Origin: Bdellovibrionota bacterium
GTDB taxonomy: Bacteria; Bdellovibrionota_C; UBA2361; JBGSMV01
Length of the DNA stretch: 64,000 nt
Direction: 5' to 3'
Assembly: GCA_044356455.1 (NCBI GenBank)
Contig: JBIKWF010000009.1
Coordinates: 1-64,000 of the forward strand
The notes beneath the pieces were generated by a model that had not been told where the DNA came from, made no database searches, and saw only the letters and a list, made by a program, of their open reading frames with translations. Below, piece after piece: positions 48,329 to 57,717 of this stretch; positions within the stretch are counted from its first letter, which is position 1; every line of letters begins with the position of its first letter. The translations under genes were made by a program, and so were the position numbers.

Positions 48329-49099
48329 ATGACAGAAAATGAGGCCCAAAAAGCGAAACCCCATGTAGTTCTTGCTGGTGCAGACTTAATGTTTTCCTCG
48401 AAAGTAAGAGGCACCGCCGAACCACTCGGAATCCAGGTCTTGTCGTTACGGCAGAGCACTCCGCTCAGCGATGCTCTTAAGGGCGCGAGTCTTTTTTTAG
48501 TTGACGTCTCCTCTAGTAAGATTGACCCGGCGGCCCTGATCGCACAGGCCGCGGTTTTGCGCTCCGCGGGCGCTTTCATGGGTACCATAGTCGCTTTTGG
48601 CCCACACGTTGACGTGGAGCTGCTTGAGAAAGCGCGGGAGAGTGGCAGTGACATGGTTCTTACAAGATCTCAGTTCGTAGAAGAGCTTCCGAGTCTCCTG
48701 CTCAGCTCACATCAACCCACCACATCTTCTAGCCCTCAAGGGGAACGGGGGGCGGGGAAATTTACCGTTCTCGTTTTCGGTTTGATTACCGCAGCAGTAC
48801 TTTACACCTCCTACTACGTTCTTCCTTTTTACTATTACTACTACGAGATCCAGAACCAGTTTGAGCAAGTCATATCAGTTGCTTCTACGGAGTCTGACAT
48901 GGAGATTCGTAGACGCCTTTGGTACTACATCCAAAAGTACCAACTGCCCGCTATTCAAGAGGATCTGCTCCTTGAGCGAGATGGGCGAAACATGCACATC
49001 AAGCTCTCCTACGAAGAAGTTTTTTCGGTCTATTGGGACTCGAAGGAATACATCCTGTGGCGCTTTCCGTTTACTGCCGAGGCTTCGGGCGAGTTCTAG
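48329..49099 (+). CDS. Receiver-like domain fused to a prepilin-like (DUF4845-like) membrane domain
   Basis: DLMFSSKV..FLVDV..AFGPHVD..ARESGSD then ERGAGKF plus hydrophobic helix and YYEIQNQFEQ; start moved to ATG 48329. Confidence 0.65.
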   Translation: MTENEAQKAKPHVVLAGADLMFSSKVRGTAEPLGIQVLSLRQSTPLSDALKGASLFLVDVSSSKIDPAALIAQAAVLRSAGAFMGTIVAFGPHVDVELLEKARESGSDMVLTRSQFVEELPSLLLSSHQPTTSSSPQGERGAGKFTVLVFGLITAAVLYTSYYVLPFYYYYYEIQNQFEQVISVASTESDMEIRRRLWYYIQKYQLPAIQEDLLLERDGRNMHIKLSYEEVFSVYWDSKEYILWRFPFTAEASGEF

Positions 49100-49152
49100 A
49101 TGCTTACTACGTGGGTAGAGTAATTAGAAAACCGCTGAAGAAACGCGCCACG

Positions 49153-50001
49153 CTAGCCACAGATCGATTTCGCCAGACCGCTGAGGACCGGGGAAGGATG
49201 TCTTAACATCCCTCGTGCTACCCCTTTTGCCAATTCCGCATGAGATCTCCCAAGTGCTTGCAGGGCGGCCGCAGCGCTTATGGTGTCCTCGTGCATAGTC
49301 TGCGTGACAAGATAAATAGCATGAAGTTCGGCCGACTCTTTCACCAAGGATTCACATCGTGACTTCGCCTCGAGGTCGGGCTCGAAGAGAGCGCAACCGA
49401 ATGCTCGAATAAATCGATCTTCAGAAACTCCACTTATCTCCGTTTCGCGGTAGGTATCAATGACAGGTTCTGCCTTTCTTGTTTCCAGAGAGCTCGCAAG
49501 GTCCTTTGCGAGCTCTCTGATCGATTCGGAAACATCTGCTGATATTGAGGCTTCAACTATGCCAAAAAAGCCAGTTTTGGCAGCTACTATGAGTGCGTCC
49601 TCGCGAATCGATTCTTCTGGACTAAAGAGCGCAGCGTTTGACACAAACTGATAAAGAGAAGGCTTCGCTAATGAGAGTCCGGAGAGAGCAGCTCGGCGAA
49701 TATCGGAGTCTGCGTCACGGAGCGCAGACCGACTAAGAAGAGCTAGCCCGAGAAGACCAAAGGACGGCGTTTGCGAGATTGACTGAAGTCCATCGCAGAC
49801 GACCGACGAGAGAAGCGCCGCACGCTCAGCGTGCGGGGTCTCCCTAAGCACGAGCGAAATCGCAGCGTCATCACCCGAAACTATTTCAATTTCTTTACCT
49901 TGCAATCCCGGAGTTGCCATGGCGCTATTCCCCAATGTCGCGGGCTCGGTAGCCCCTGGCCCCCCGCGTGCTATTGCTTTTAGATCTCTGCCAGTCCCCA
50001 T
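49153..50001 (-). CDS. HEAT-repeat-like protein
   Basis: DADSDIRRAALSGL, SPEESIREDAL, DVSESIRELAKDL, HPSPVLSGLAKS. Confidence 0.7.
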   Translation of the reverse strand: MGTGRDLKAIARGGPGATEPATLGNSAMATPGLQGKEIEIVSGDDAAISLVLRETPHAERAALLSSVVCDGLQSISQTPSFGLLGLALLSRSALRDADSDIRRAALSGLSLAKPSLYQFVSNAALFSPEESIREDALIVAAKTGFFGIVEASISADVSESIRELAKDLASSLETRKAEPVIDTYRETEISGVSEDRFIRAFGCALFEPDLEAKSRCESLVKESAELHAIYLVTQTMHEDTISAAAALQALGRSHAELAKGVARGMLRHPSPVLSGLAKSICG

Positions 50002-50022
50002 ACTTAAATACCAGATTAAATC

Positions 50023-52371
50023 CTACTTGGCAGCGCTACTACTCATTTCTGGGTGAGAAGCCACCTGCGGGGCGTCAATAGTACTCGCCCCGGTGGGATA
50101 ACTTCCAGGCTCTAAGTGTCCATACTTGATCATTGCCAGTTGCTCCGGGGTCGCGGTACCACTCTTTTTCGCATTAATCGCATTGGTCCAGTCTTCATTT
50201 CGAACCAGGGCCAGGTCGCTCAACTTTAAAGGCTTGCCAGACTCCGGGGTCCAACCCGAAGGAGGGATTCCCTTAAATTCCGTATCTCCGATGCGAACAT
50301 TAATCCGGTAGTTCGGTTCATAATCCCCGGCTTTATATTCATGGTAGTAGAGCGTGACCTTCGCCTCTGGAGCACTCTTGCCCAGATCTGCACGGGCTTT
50401 ATAAAGATTCGGAGTATCTTGTTCCGAGATCTTTGCCTTCCACTCATATTCTACGATGTGGCAGGTCGCTGAAGGTTTCGGCCCTTTCATTTTTGCAGTA
50501 TCGGGTACGGGAATAGGCGGAGGGACAGCGCTAAGCACCTCCTGCGGGGTGACACGAGGCGACATGGTGCCATCTGAATTCACTTGCATGAGAAGCGATG
50601 GTTTCGCCGGAGCTTTCTCCGGCTCTGGCACGCTCACGGGGGCAGGAGAACTTCCGCCATCAGGCCCGGAATGGGGCTTCGGCACCGCCTCGTGAGACTC
50701 CGCTTCATTTGTCTTTTGCGGAGTACCCAGAGCCTGCTCGGTCGGATGTGCAGCAGGGTGCGGCTCCAGAGGGGGCCGGGAAGCCCGGTTTTCTGAGGGT
50801 GCTGATGCCCCCTCTGCTTTTTTGGGGAGACTGACATGGTCAGGAGGTGCATGGTGAGGCGCGGTGCTAGGATGTCCGGTACTGTGACCTACTCCTGCCG
50901 TGCGTCTGACACTCCCGGCCTTATGGGCAAGAACCCCAAGTACTCCCGCCGTAACGAGGCCACCTGGGGTTACGTTTCCACTCGAAACGGCTTCTTGAGC
51001 CGCTGCGCCAAGCACATCGGTGCCGGTTTGAACGCCTCCTCTGAGGAGTCTGCCTGCACCAGGACTGAGACCGCCGGCAAGTCCGGTAATTCCTCCCGAT
51101 AGTGCCGAGCCACCAAGACGCCGAGCGACGTCTTTTTCAGTAAGCCCTCGCTCCTCACAATACGCAGCCCAGGCTTTGGTGCGTGCCTCGCCTTGAAGAT
51201 TTGGGTTTTGACGATTAAATTCAAGGCAAGCTTTGCCGTATTCGTAGCCAATCTTTGTTCCTTCAGCCGCGGTATTCACGGCGGCGCCGGAAGCTGCGGC
51301 AGTTCCCATTTTTACCGCAATTCTTGATGCGCCCTTAAGACTTCCACCTACCGCACCACCCGCGAACCTACCGACTGAACCGGTAGCCAGTGTAATTCCT
51401 GCGTCCACTGCCGCATCTACTTCCTTTACGGCAAAGTCTTTGGCGGCCTCACCAAGCGTCTTATCGCCAGACGCTACGGAGTACCCTTGCTCCCCAAGAT
51501 TTTTTGCGGAGTCGTAGGCCATGCTGACGGCAGCGCCCCCGGCAGGCCCGGCAATCACAGTTCCCGCAACCACTCCCACCGTCTTCACGCCTGTGTCTAC
51601 ATATTGCACCACGGTTTCTGTGGTGTTGATTCTCGATATCGCATCGTCATACTTCGCGAGTGCCTGTTGCTGAGATGCGCGCCACTCATCTGTGACGATG
51701 AGCATCTTTTCGCCGCTTGCATCGCGGGCATTCTCTGCTGCAGAGTTCGCAAGCTGCGCGCTGGCCTGAGCGTCTGAATGTCTTCCTTCCGCTGCAAGTC
51801 GCTTTGCATCCTCGGTGTGCTTCTGAACTTCCTGAGCAAGACGCTCCTGGTTCCGAGCAGATTCCTCTAGTTTTGTAATTTGAGCCTGCTGCTCCTTAAG
51901 TAGTTTCTCATCAGCCGCAATTTGATCTTTGAGGGCCCCGCTCGTCCCAAACGCCCAGTCGAGCCCACCCATCTTCTCGAGCTCTCTTTTCTGACTCTCG
52001 ATGTTCTTTGAGGTTCCTTGCGCTAGGCGCCGCGCTTTCTCTATTTCATCCTTTAAGCGCTCCTGCTCCTTCTGAATTGCGACTAGCCGCGGATCTTCGG
52101 GCTGTGCCTTGTGGGCTGAAGGCGCAGCTTTTGCCCCTTCATCTTTTTGATCAGGTGGCGGGTTAGAGGGGCCCACGACTTGCTTTTGGCCTTGGGCGGC
52201 CGACTGCGTCCTGGTGAGAGGCTTAGATCTTTCTGCCTGCGCTTGCTCGACAAGGTTGCCGCGCTCACCAAGATCTCGGGTGAAATCAGGAGGACTCTCT
52301 CTCTCAGTTCCCTGGCGAGGAGTCTTTTCGCTAAGTTTGCGTCCTTCCTCCGCCGTTACCAACGCGACCAT
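50023..52371 (-). CDS. Large effector/toxin-like protein of unknown family
   Basis: 782 aa: disordered N-terminus, coiled coil, Gly/Ala hydrophobic helices, Pro-rich linker, globular C-terminal domain. Confidence 0.75.
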   Translation of the reverse strand: MVALVTAEEGRKLSEKTPRQGTERESPPDFTRDLGERGNLVEQAQAERSKPLTRTQSAAQGQKQVVGPSNPPPDQKDEGAKAAPSAHKAQPEDPRLVAIQKEQERLKDEIEKARRLAQGTSKNIESQKRELEKMGGLDWAFGTSGALKDQIAADEKLLKEQQAQITKLEESARNQERLAQEVQKHTEDAKRLAAEGRHSDAQASAQLANSAAENARDASGEKMLIVTDEWRASQQQALAKYDDAISRINTTETVVQYVDTGVKTVGVVAGTVIAGPAGGAAVSMAYDSAKNLGEQGYSVASGDKTLGEAAKDFAVKEVDAAVDAGITLATGSVGRFAGGAVGGSLKGASRIAVKMGTAAASGAAVNTAAEGTKIGYEYGKACLEFNRQNPNLQGEARTKAWAAYCEERGLTEKDVARRLGGSALSGGITGLAGGLSPGAGRLLRGGVQTGTDVLGAAAQEAVSSGNVTPGGLVTAGVLGVLAHKAGSVRRTAGVGHSTGHPSTAPHHAPPDHVSLPKKAEGASAPSENRASRPPLEPHPAAHPTEQALGTPQKTNEAESHEAVPKPHSGPDGGSSPAPVSVPEPEKAPAKPSLLMQVNSDGTMSPRVTPQEVLSAVPPPIPVPDTAKMKGPKPSATCHIVEYEWKAKISEQDTPNLYKARADLGKSAPEAKVTLYYHEYKAGDYEPNYRINVRIGDTEFKGIPPSGWTPESGKPLKLSDLALVRNEDWTNAINAKKSGTATPEQLAMIKYGHLEPGSYPTGASTIDAPQVASHPEMSSSAAK

Positions 52372-52567
52372 GTAAATCTCGCTTAAACCTTTTACGCGCG
52401 CTCAGGATGTGCCTGGTCGGCTCACCTCTCAGATCCCCCATCGGGTTATGAGAGCCTAGGTATTCCTCGTTACCTAGTCGGCAGGTCTAGCAATTTGGGA
52501 TACTTAACTTTCGTAGTGGGTGAGGGGGGTATTTAGCGCTGTTTTTTCATGCAGTTAATGCGTCCTT

Positions 52568-52718
52568 GGATCCCTCGGAAATCCGCACCAGCTGTGCCTT
52601 TGTGTGCTCTGTCGTTGATTGAAGTAGGCGAAAGCCCACAGAGCCCCCCCCTGCGATCGGAGAGAATGGATATGAAGCAGTGAAGGTAGAAGCCCTGCCG
52701 GGGTTCTTCAGAGTTTCC
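52568..52718. mobile_element. Highly degenerate MITE copy
   Basis: GGATCCCTCGGAAA..CTCTGTCGTTGATT..CCCACAGAG..TTCTTCAGAGTTTCC|CTAA. Confidence 0.55.
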
Positions 52719-53654
52719 CTAAACGGGATCTAATTCCGTCTTTAGTCCCACGGCACCGGGAATTTCATCTCCTAATTTCCGGGCAGGCTTCCAGAAAGGG
52801 CGAAGGCTATCGTGGAAGGCATCTTCCAGTTCTTTTGCCGTAGCGTGCCTCGCCAACGGGTCTAAAGACATGGCGCGCACTATTTCTCTACTGAGCGGAC
52901 GCGGACACTCTGGATTCACGCGGTGCGGCTCGGGGGGCGTGGAGTTAAAGCGGAGTTGAATAGTCTCCATAGTGGTCCGTCCCGTAAAGGGCGGCTTTCC
53001 AGTAACGAGCTCGTACGCAAGCAGCCCAAGCGCATAAATGTCTGAAAGGGGAGTCACGACTCCATCCGTAAGGTATTCGGGGGAAATGTACTGAGGCGTG
53101 CCAATACGGGCATCAGTTTCGCCCTCGGGAGGCTGCCCCTTAAAGCGCGAAATACCGAAGTCAGAGACCTTAGCTTCCCTTCGTGCGGTGAGAAGGATGT
53201 TCGCAGGCTTTAAATCGTGATGAATTACATGCAGCGCATGCAGGGCGGCAAGACCCCGGCAAATTTCCGTAAGAATCCTGACTCGTTCGTGCAGGGCGAG
53301 GGGGATCTTATGTTGAATGAGCGTGGCGAGGTTTCCGCCCGTCACGTACTCCATCGAGAACGCCGTAAGGTCGGCTTCGCGAACGGTGCTATAGTACTGC
53401 AAGAGATTGGGGTGACTTAGGCGCGTACCGATGAGGAACTCACGAAGAAACTCAGCGCGCGCAAAAGGCTGTAAGCAAAGTTCTTTGGCTAAAACTTTTA
53501 CTGCAACACGTACATCACCGCGCGCACGATCCCGGCAGAGATAAACCTGCCCCGAACTTCCTGACCCAAGATAGGCCACCACCCGATACCTCTGCTCAAG
53601 AATTGAGCCAAGGGTAAGTGCCGGGTTCTTATTTCCAACCTGGAGGTTAGACAT
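52719..53654 (-). CDS. Soluble Hanks-type Ser/Thr protein kinase
   Basis: GSGSSGQV, VAVK, IHHDLKPAN, DFG, GTPQYISPE, SDIYALG; start moved to ATG 53654. Confidence 0.93.
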   Translation of the reverse strand: MSNLQVGNKNPALTLGSILEQRYRVVAYLGSGSSGQVYLCRDRARGDVRVAVKVLAKELCLQPFARAEFLREFLIGTRLSHPNLLQYYSTVREADLTAFSMEYVTGGNLATLIQHKIPLALHERVRILTEICRGLAALHALHVIHHDLKPANILLTARREAKVSDFGISRFKGQPPEGETDARIGTPQYISPEYLTDGVVTPLSDIYALGLLAYELVTGKPPFTGRTTMETIQLRFNSTPPEPHRVNPECPRPLSREIVRAMSLDPLARHATAKELEDAFHDSLRPFWKPARKLGDEIPGAVGLKTELDPV

Positions 53655-54089
53655 GCGAGAGAAACTCTCCTCTGTTCCGCTCAGGTCCAAAGCAAATCGC
53701 AGACACTTCGAGTCTTCGCCTCTCATGCGCGACTTTCCAAACAAAGAAAGTCGCACCCGGAAAGGTCTACGGTTAAAATCTGGACGAGGGGTAACTTGTG
53801 TGATTTTACAGGGTTGGCAAACGTAAGCAATCAATCGCACAGGCTGAATTGGCTTTAGTTCCGAAAAAAAGTCTAGCCAAGGACTTGAGGTCGCCAGTTC
53901 GCCAAATACCTAAGCAGCGCCTAACCGGGACACCCAATATCCAAAGAGCCGGGCGACTATGTCGCCGTCTCGGCTAACTCTCTGATATTACTTATCTCTG
54001 CCCGATCGACCAGGCCTACCTCTTGCCCGTAAATCTAACTGACTTAATGTGGCCGCCGTCTGAGAGGGCGGTTTCCGAGGGGATGCTCG

Positions 54090-54175
54090 TGAAGCTCTGA
54101 AAAAATCCGCTTTGTGAACTTCGCGCCCTCTGTTGTTGGTTTACATTGTCGAAGATACCCAGAGGACAGGAGGAA
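54090..54175. mobile_element. Partial degenerate MITE copy
   Basis: GAAGCTCTGAAAAAATCCGCTTTGTGAACTTCGCGCCCTCTGTTGTTGGTTTA aligns with the start of unit 22911. Confidence 0.6.
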
Positions 54176-54282
54176 GCCCTGAGGACAGGCATCTACGGGG
54201 GCTTTCGTTTGTCCCCGAAATTGGAGTACATTCGCGCGGGCCCTGGATCCTCCAACAAGGAGTCCGGAACCCATTAGCTTGG

Positions 54283-54316
54283 ACCTTTAAGTGCGGACCT
54301 GCGAGTTCGCGAAGGT
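54283..54316 (+). promoter_or_regulatory. PyrR-binding-loop-like RNA element
   Basis: ACCTTTAA-GT-GCGGA-CCTGCGAG-TTCGC-GAAGGT: CUUUAA internal loop and CCNGNGAG apical loop upstream of pyrR. Confidence 0.65.
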
Positions 54317-54611
54317 GGTACCCAAAGATGATTCTTGCACCAGACCGCATGCTCAGCATGGCGCGACCTCAGGTGGCGCGCGCGGTGAAGTCCTTTCCGA
54401 AATTTTTCTCACTGCCGATTCCCCTTTCAATTCCTTCTGTTTTCACTTCTTCCGCTCCTTCACTTTTCGCGATCCTTCGTGGCGGTCTCAGTCTGCTGAG
54501 CGCAGGCAGCGATTGCACAGTTCGCTTAGCGAGGAAGCCGAGGTTGTGGATCTCTCTAAGGAACCAGGTAAGACTATCAAGGTGTAAACTTTCAAGGACG
54601 CAAGGTTTCAT

Positions 54612-55214
54612 ATGAGCAAGGCCTCCTCCCTTAAGACAGTTCCCGCCCACTGGAAGAAATTGCTCGACGCGGACGTCATCAACCGCTCTATCTCGCGCAT
54701 CTGTTATGAAATTCTTGAGCGCGAGCGCGCGCTGGACAAACTTGCAATTGTCGGGATTAGAACCTGCGGGGAAGTAATCGCGAAACGCATCCAATCTCGA
54801 ATCGCTGAGATTGAAGGCGCAGAAGTTGCCTTTGGTGTCATCGACATTACTCTGTACCGAGACGATCTCTCTCGCACGCGCTCTCAGCCTACACTGAAGG
54901 GTACAGACCTCCCATTCTCAGTGACCGGGTCACGTATTGTGCTCGTCGATGATGTGCTTTTCACGGGGCGCACCATTAGAGCTGCGCTAGACGCCATTAT
55001 TGATTTTGGGCGCCCCTCGCGCGTTGAGCTTGCGGCTTTAGTCGACCGCGGTCACCGAGAGCTTCCCATAAGAGCTGACTACGTAGGCAAAAATATTCCG
55101 TCCGAAAGAACTGATTTTGTGCGGGTGCGGCTCGCTGAGCAGGGCTTTGAAGACGGCGTCTACCTGGTCCCAAATGAGCCGAATCAAGAAAATTCTGGAG
55201 GCGAGAGGGAATGA
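54612..55214 (+). CDS. pyrR: Pyrimidine regulatory protein / uracil phosphoribosyltransferase
   Basis: IDITLYRDD, LVDDVLFTGRTIRAALDA, DRGHRELPIRADYVGKN. Confidence 0.97.
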   Translation: MSKASSLKTVPAHWKKLLDADVINRSISRICYEILERERALDKLAIVGIRTCGEVIAKRIQSRIAEIEGAEVAFGVIDITLYRDDLSRTRSQPTLKGTDLPFSVTGSRIVLVDDVLFTGRTIRAALDAIIDFGRPSRVELAALVDRGHRELPIRADYVGKNIPSERTDFVRVRLAEQGFEDGVYLVPNEPNQENSGGERE

Positions 55215-56332
55215 GACACCTTATTGGCATAGAGCACCTCTCCGCCGCCCAGCTCCTGCAGCTTCTCGAGAGCGCAGAGAGCATGGTTGAAATCTCGTCC
55301 CGTGAGCTCAAGAAGGTACCCGCGCTGCGCGGGAAAACCATAGTAAATTTCTTCTTTGAAGCAAGCACGCGCACTCGTACGAGTTTTGAAATTGCGGCAA
55401 AGCGACTCTCCGCTGATGTGATCAATCTTTCTGTTGCCACAAGTTCCGTTTCAAAGGGCGAGACGCTCTTTGACACGGCGCGCACGCTAGAGGCCATGGC
55501 GCCCGATGTTATAGTGGTGCGCCATGCCTCAGGCGGAGTACCTGATTTTCTTGCGCGGGTTCTTTCCCGCGTCTCCATCGTCAACGCGGGTGACGGAATG
55601 CGGGAACACCCGACGCAGGCGCTGCTTGATTGTTTGACTCTCAAGCAACACTTTGCCGCGACCAGAAAGCTTTCGGGGACCTCTGCGGAAACTTCTCTCC
55701 TAGCGCTTTCAGGGCTTAAAGTGGCGATTGTGGGGGACGTTCTCCATTCCCGAGTAGCGCGCAGTAACGTGTGGGCCCATCTCTTACTGGGCAATGAGGT
55801 TCGTCTTGTTGGGCCTGCGACGTTGCTCCCTAAAGAATTTCAAGGAGCCTTTATACCATCAACCGACAACAAACTGCCGCTCGACGGAGCAGGGAAATCA
55901 ATCCCTCGGGGTACTTTGCGCATCGTGCATTCTCTTGAAGAGGGCCTTGCCGGAGCGGACGTGGTCATGTGTTTGAGAGTCCAAACGGAACGTTTGCAAC
56001 AATTCTTTTTGCCGACTCTCGAAGAATACAGCCGCACTTTCGGAGTATCAGAGAAGGTATTGGCGAAAGTGGCGCCGCGCGCCGTTGTCCTGCACCCAGG
56101 TCCCGCCAATAGAGGAATTGAAGTTTCAAGTGAAGTTATTGACGGCCCGCGCTCGCTGGTTCGAAACCAAGTGAGCAACGGCATTGCCGTCAGAATGGCG
56201 GTACTTTTCCATGTCTGCACGGGGTCCGAGGAAGTGGGGGTGCAGGGCGATCAAAAGTCCCAGAACACAAATCCACATCTATCAGGCTCCCACCCACAAG
56301 GGGCCACGCAAACCGCAGGAGCACAGTTATGA
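55211..56332 (+). CDS. pyrB: Aspartate carbamoyltransferase catalytic subunit
   Basis: FFEASTRTRTSF, NAGDG..HPTQALLD, HSRVARSN, HPGPANRG. Confidence 0.97.
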   Translation: MRHLIGIEHLSAAQLLQLLESAESMVEISSRELKKVPALRGKTIVNFFFEASTRTRTSFEIAAKRLSADVINLSVATSSVSKGETLFDTARTLEAMAPDVIVVRHASGGVPDFLARVLSRVSIVNAGDGMREHPTQALLDCLTLKQHFAATRKLSGTSAETSLLALSGLKVAIVGDVLHSRVARSNVWAHLLLGNEVRLVGPATLLPKEFQGAFIPSTDNKLPLDGAGKSIPRGTLRIVHSLEEGLAGADVVMCLRVQTERLQQFFLPTLEEYSRTFGVSEKVLAKVAPRAVVLHPGPANRGIEVSSEVIDGPRSLVRNQVSNGIAVRMAVLFHVCTGSEEVGVQGDQKSQNTNPHLSGSHPQGATQTAGAQL

Positions 56333-57717
56333 TAATAATTGCTGGTGGCTGGGTATGTGACCCCGCGAATTCGATAATTGGCGAGCGTGACCTCTTGATT
56401 GAAGGCGGAGTCATCAAGGACTGCGCCACTCCCGGAACTTTTCGCTCTCTTCACGATGCTACGGTCGTAGATGCGCGCGGCAAATGGATTGTTCCAGGCC
56501 TTGTTGATGTGCATGTGCACCTTCGTGAGCCCGGTTTCGAGTGGAAAGAGACCGTCGAAACGGGCGCGACCGCGGCTGCCTGGGGTGGCTTCACCACGAT
56601 TCTTTGCATGCCTAACACCAAGCCGGTGAACGACCATGCCGAGATTAGTAGATTTATTCTTGAACGAGCGCGCAGCTGCGCAGGCGCGCGCGTACTTCCT
56701 ATTGGGGCGGTTTCCATGGGCCTTGAAGGTAAAGAGATGGCTCTTCTTGCCGAACAGCGCGAGGCGGGCTGCGTTGCCTTCTCGGACGACGGAGAACCTA
56801 TTTACAATGCGGGGATGATGCGCCGCGCCCTTGAGTGGTCGAAGATGCTGGGAGTTCCGATTTGCTGCCACGAAGAGGATAAGAATCTTAGCTGCGGCGG
56901 TTGTATGAACGAGTCCGCCTTATCCCTTCGCATGGGACTACGCGGTATGCCCAAAGTCGCAGAAGAGGTGATGATTGCGCGCGACATTGAACTTGCGCGC
57001 ACTACTGGGGCACACGTGCACATTTGTCACGTCTCAAGTGGCAGAAGTGTTGAGTTGGTGAGGCGCGCTAAGAATGACCACATCAATGTAACCGCCGAAG
57101 TTGCGCCGCATCATCTCGTGCTCACGGAAGAGGCGGTGCGTGGCTACAATACCAACGCCAAAATGAGCCCCCCGCTTCGCGAGCAATTTGAGTGCGACGC
57201 GCTCATTCAGGGCTTGGCGGATGGTGCGATAGATTGCGTGGCAAGCGATCATGCTCCCCACCACTGGGACGCCAAGGAGCTTGAATTTGACAAAGCTGCT
57301 TTCGGAATTCTCGGCGTACAAACCACGCTACCAATCATGCTTGAACTCGTGCGCAAGGGGCTCATTCGAAAAGAACGTGCCATCGAAGCCATGAGCTCAG
57401 CTCCGGCAAAAGCATTTAAGCTTGAGGGGACGGGGAGCCTCGCCGCAGGCGCCCGTGCCGATATTTGCGTTATCGACCCCGGGCTTACGTGGAAGCTAAA
57501 CAAAGAATCTATTCTTTCAAAGAGTAAGAACACGCCCTTTCTCGACCACGAGTTTATGGGACAAGCCGAATACGTGCTGGTGGGCGGAGAGTTTCGCAAG
57601 GGAACGCCCGAGAATGGGCAGGCTAAGAAGGAAGCGCGTCCTTCCACTGACAATAAAAGCGCTGCCCTAAAGGGCGGCGGCTCGCGAAGCGCAAGTCATC
57701 AAGGAGGAGTCTTATGA
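56329..57717 (+). CDS. pyrC: Dihydroorotase
   Basis: DVHVHLREPG, CMPNT, HICHVS, KMSPPLR, ASDHAPH. Confidence 0.96.
   Translation: MIIIAGGWVCDPANSIIGERDLLIEGGVIKDCATPGTFRSLHDATVVDARGKWIVPGLVDVHVHLREPGFEWKETVETGATAAAWGGFTTILCMPNTKPVNDHAEISRFILERARSCAGARVLPIGAVSMGLEGKEMALLAEQREAGCVAFSDDGEPIYNAGMMRRALEWSKMLGVPICCHEEDKNLSCGGCMNESALSLRMGLRGMPKVAEEVMIARDIELARTTGAHVHICHVSSGRSVELVRRAKNDHINVTAEVAPHHLVLTEEAVRGYNTNAKMSPPLREQFECDALIQGLADGAIDCVASDHAPHHWDAKELEFDKAAFGILGVQTTLPIMLELVRKGLIRKERAIEAMSSAPAKAFKLEGTGSLAAGARADICVIDPGLTWKLNKESILSKSKNTPFLDHEFMGQAEYVLVGGEFRKGTPENGQAKKEARPSTDNKSAALKGGGSRSASHQGGVL

Noticed and set aside
54133..54615. 160 aa ORF upstream of pyrR
   Set aside because: Overlaps a MITE remnant and the PyrR leader; no protein-like features
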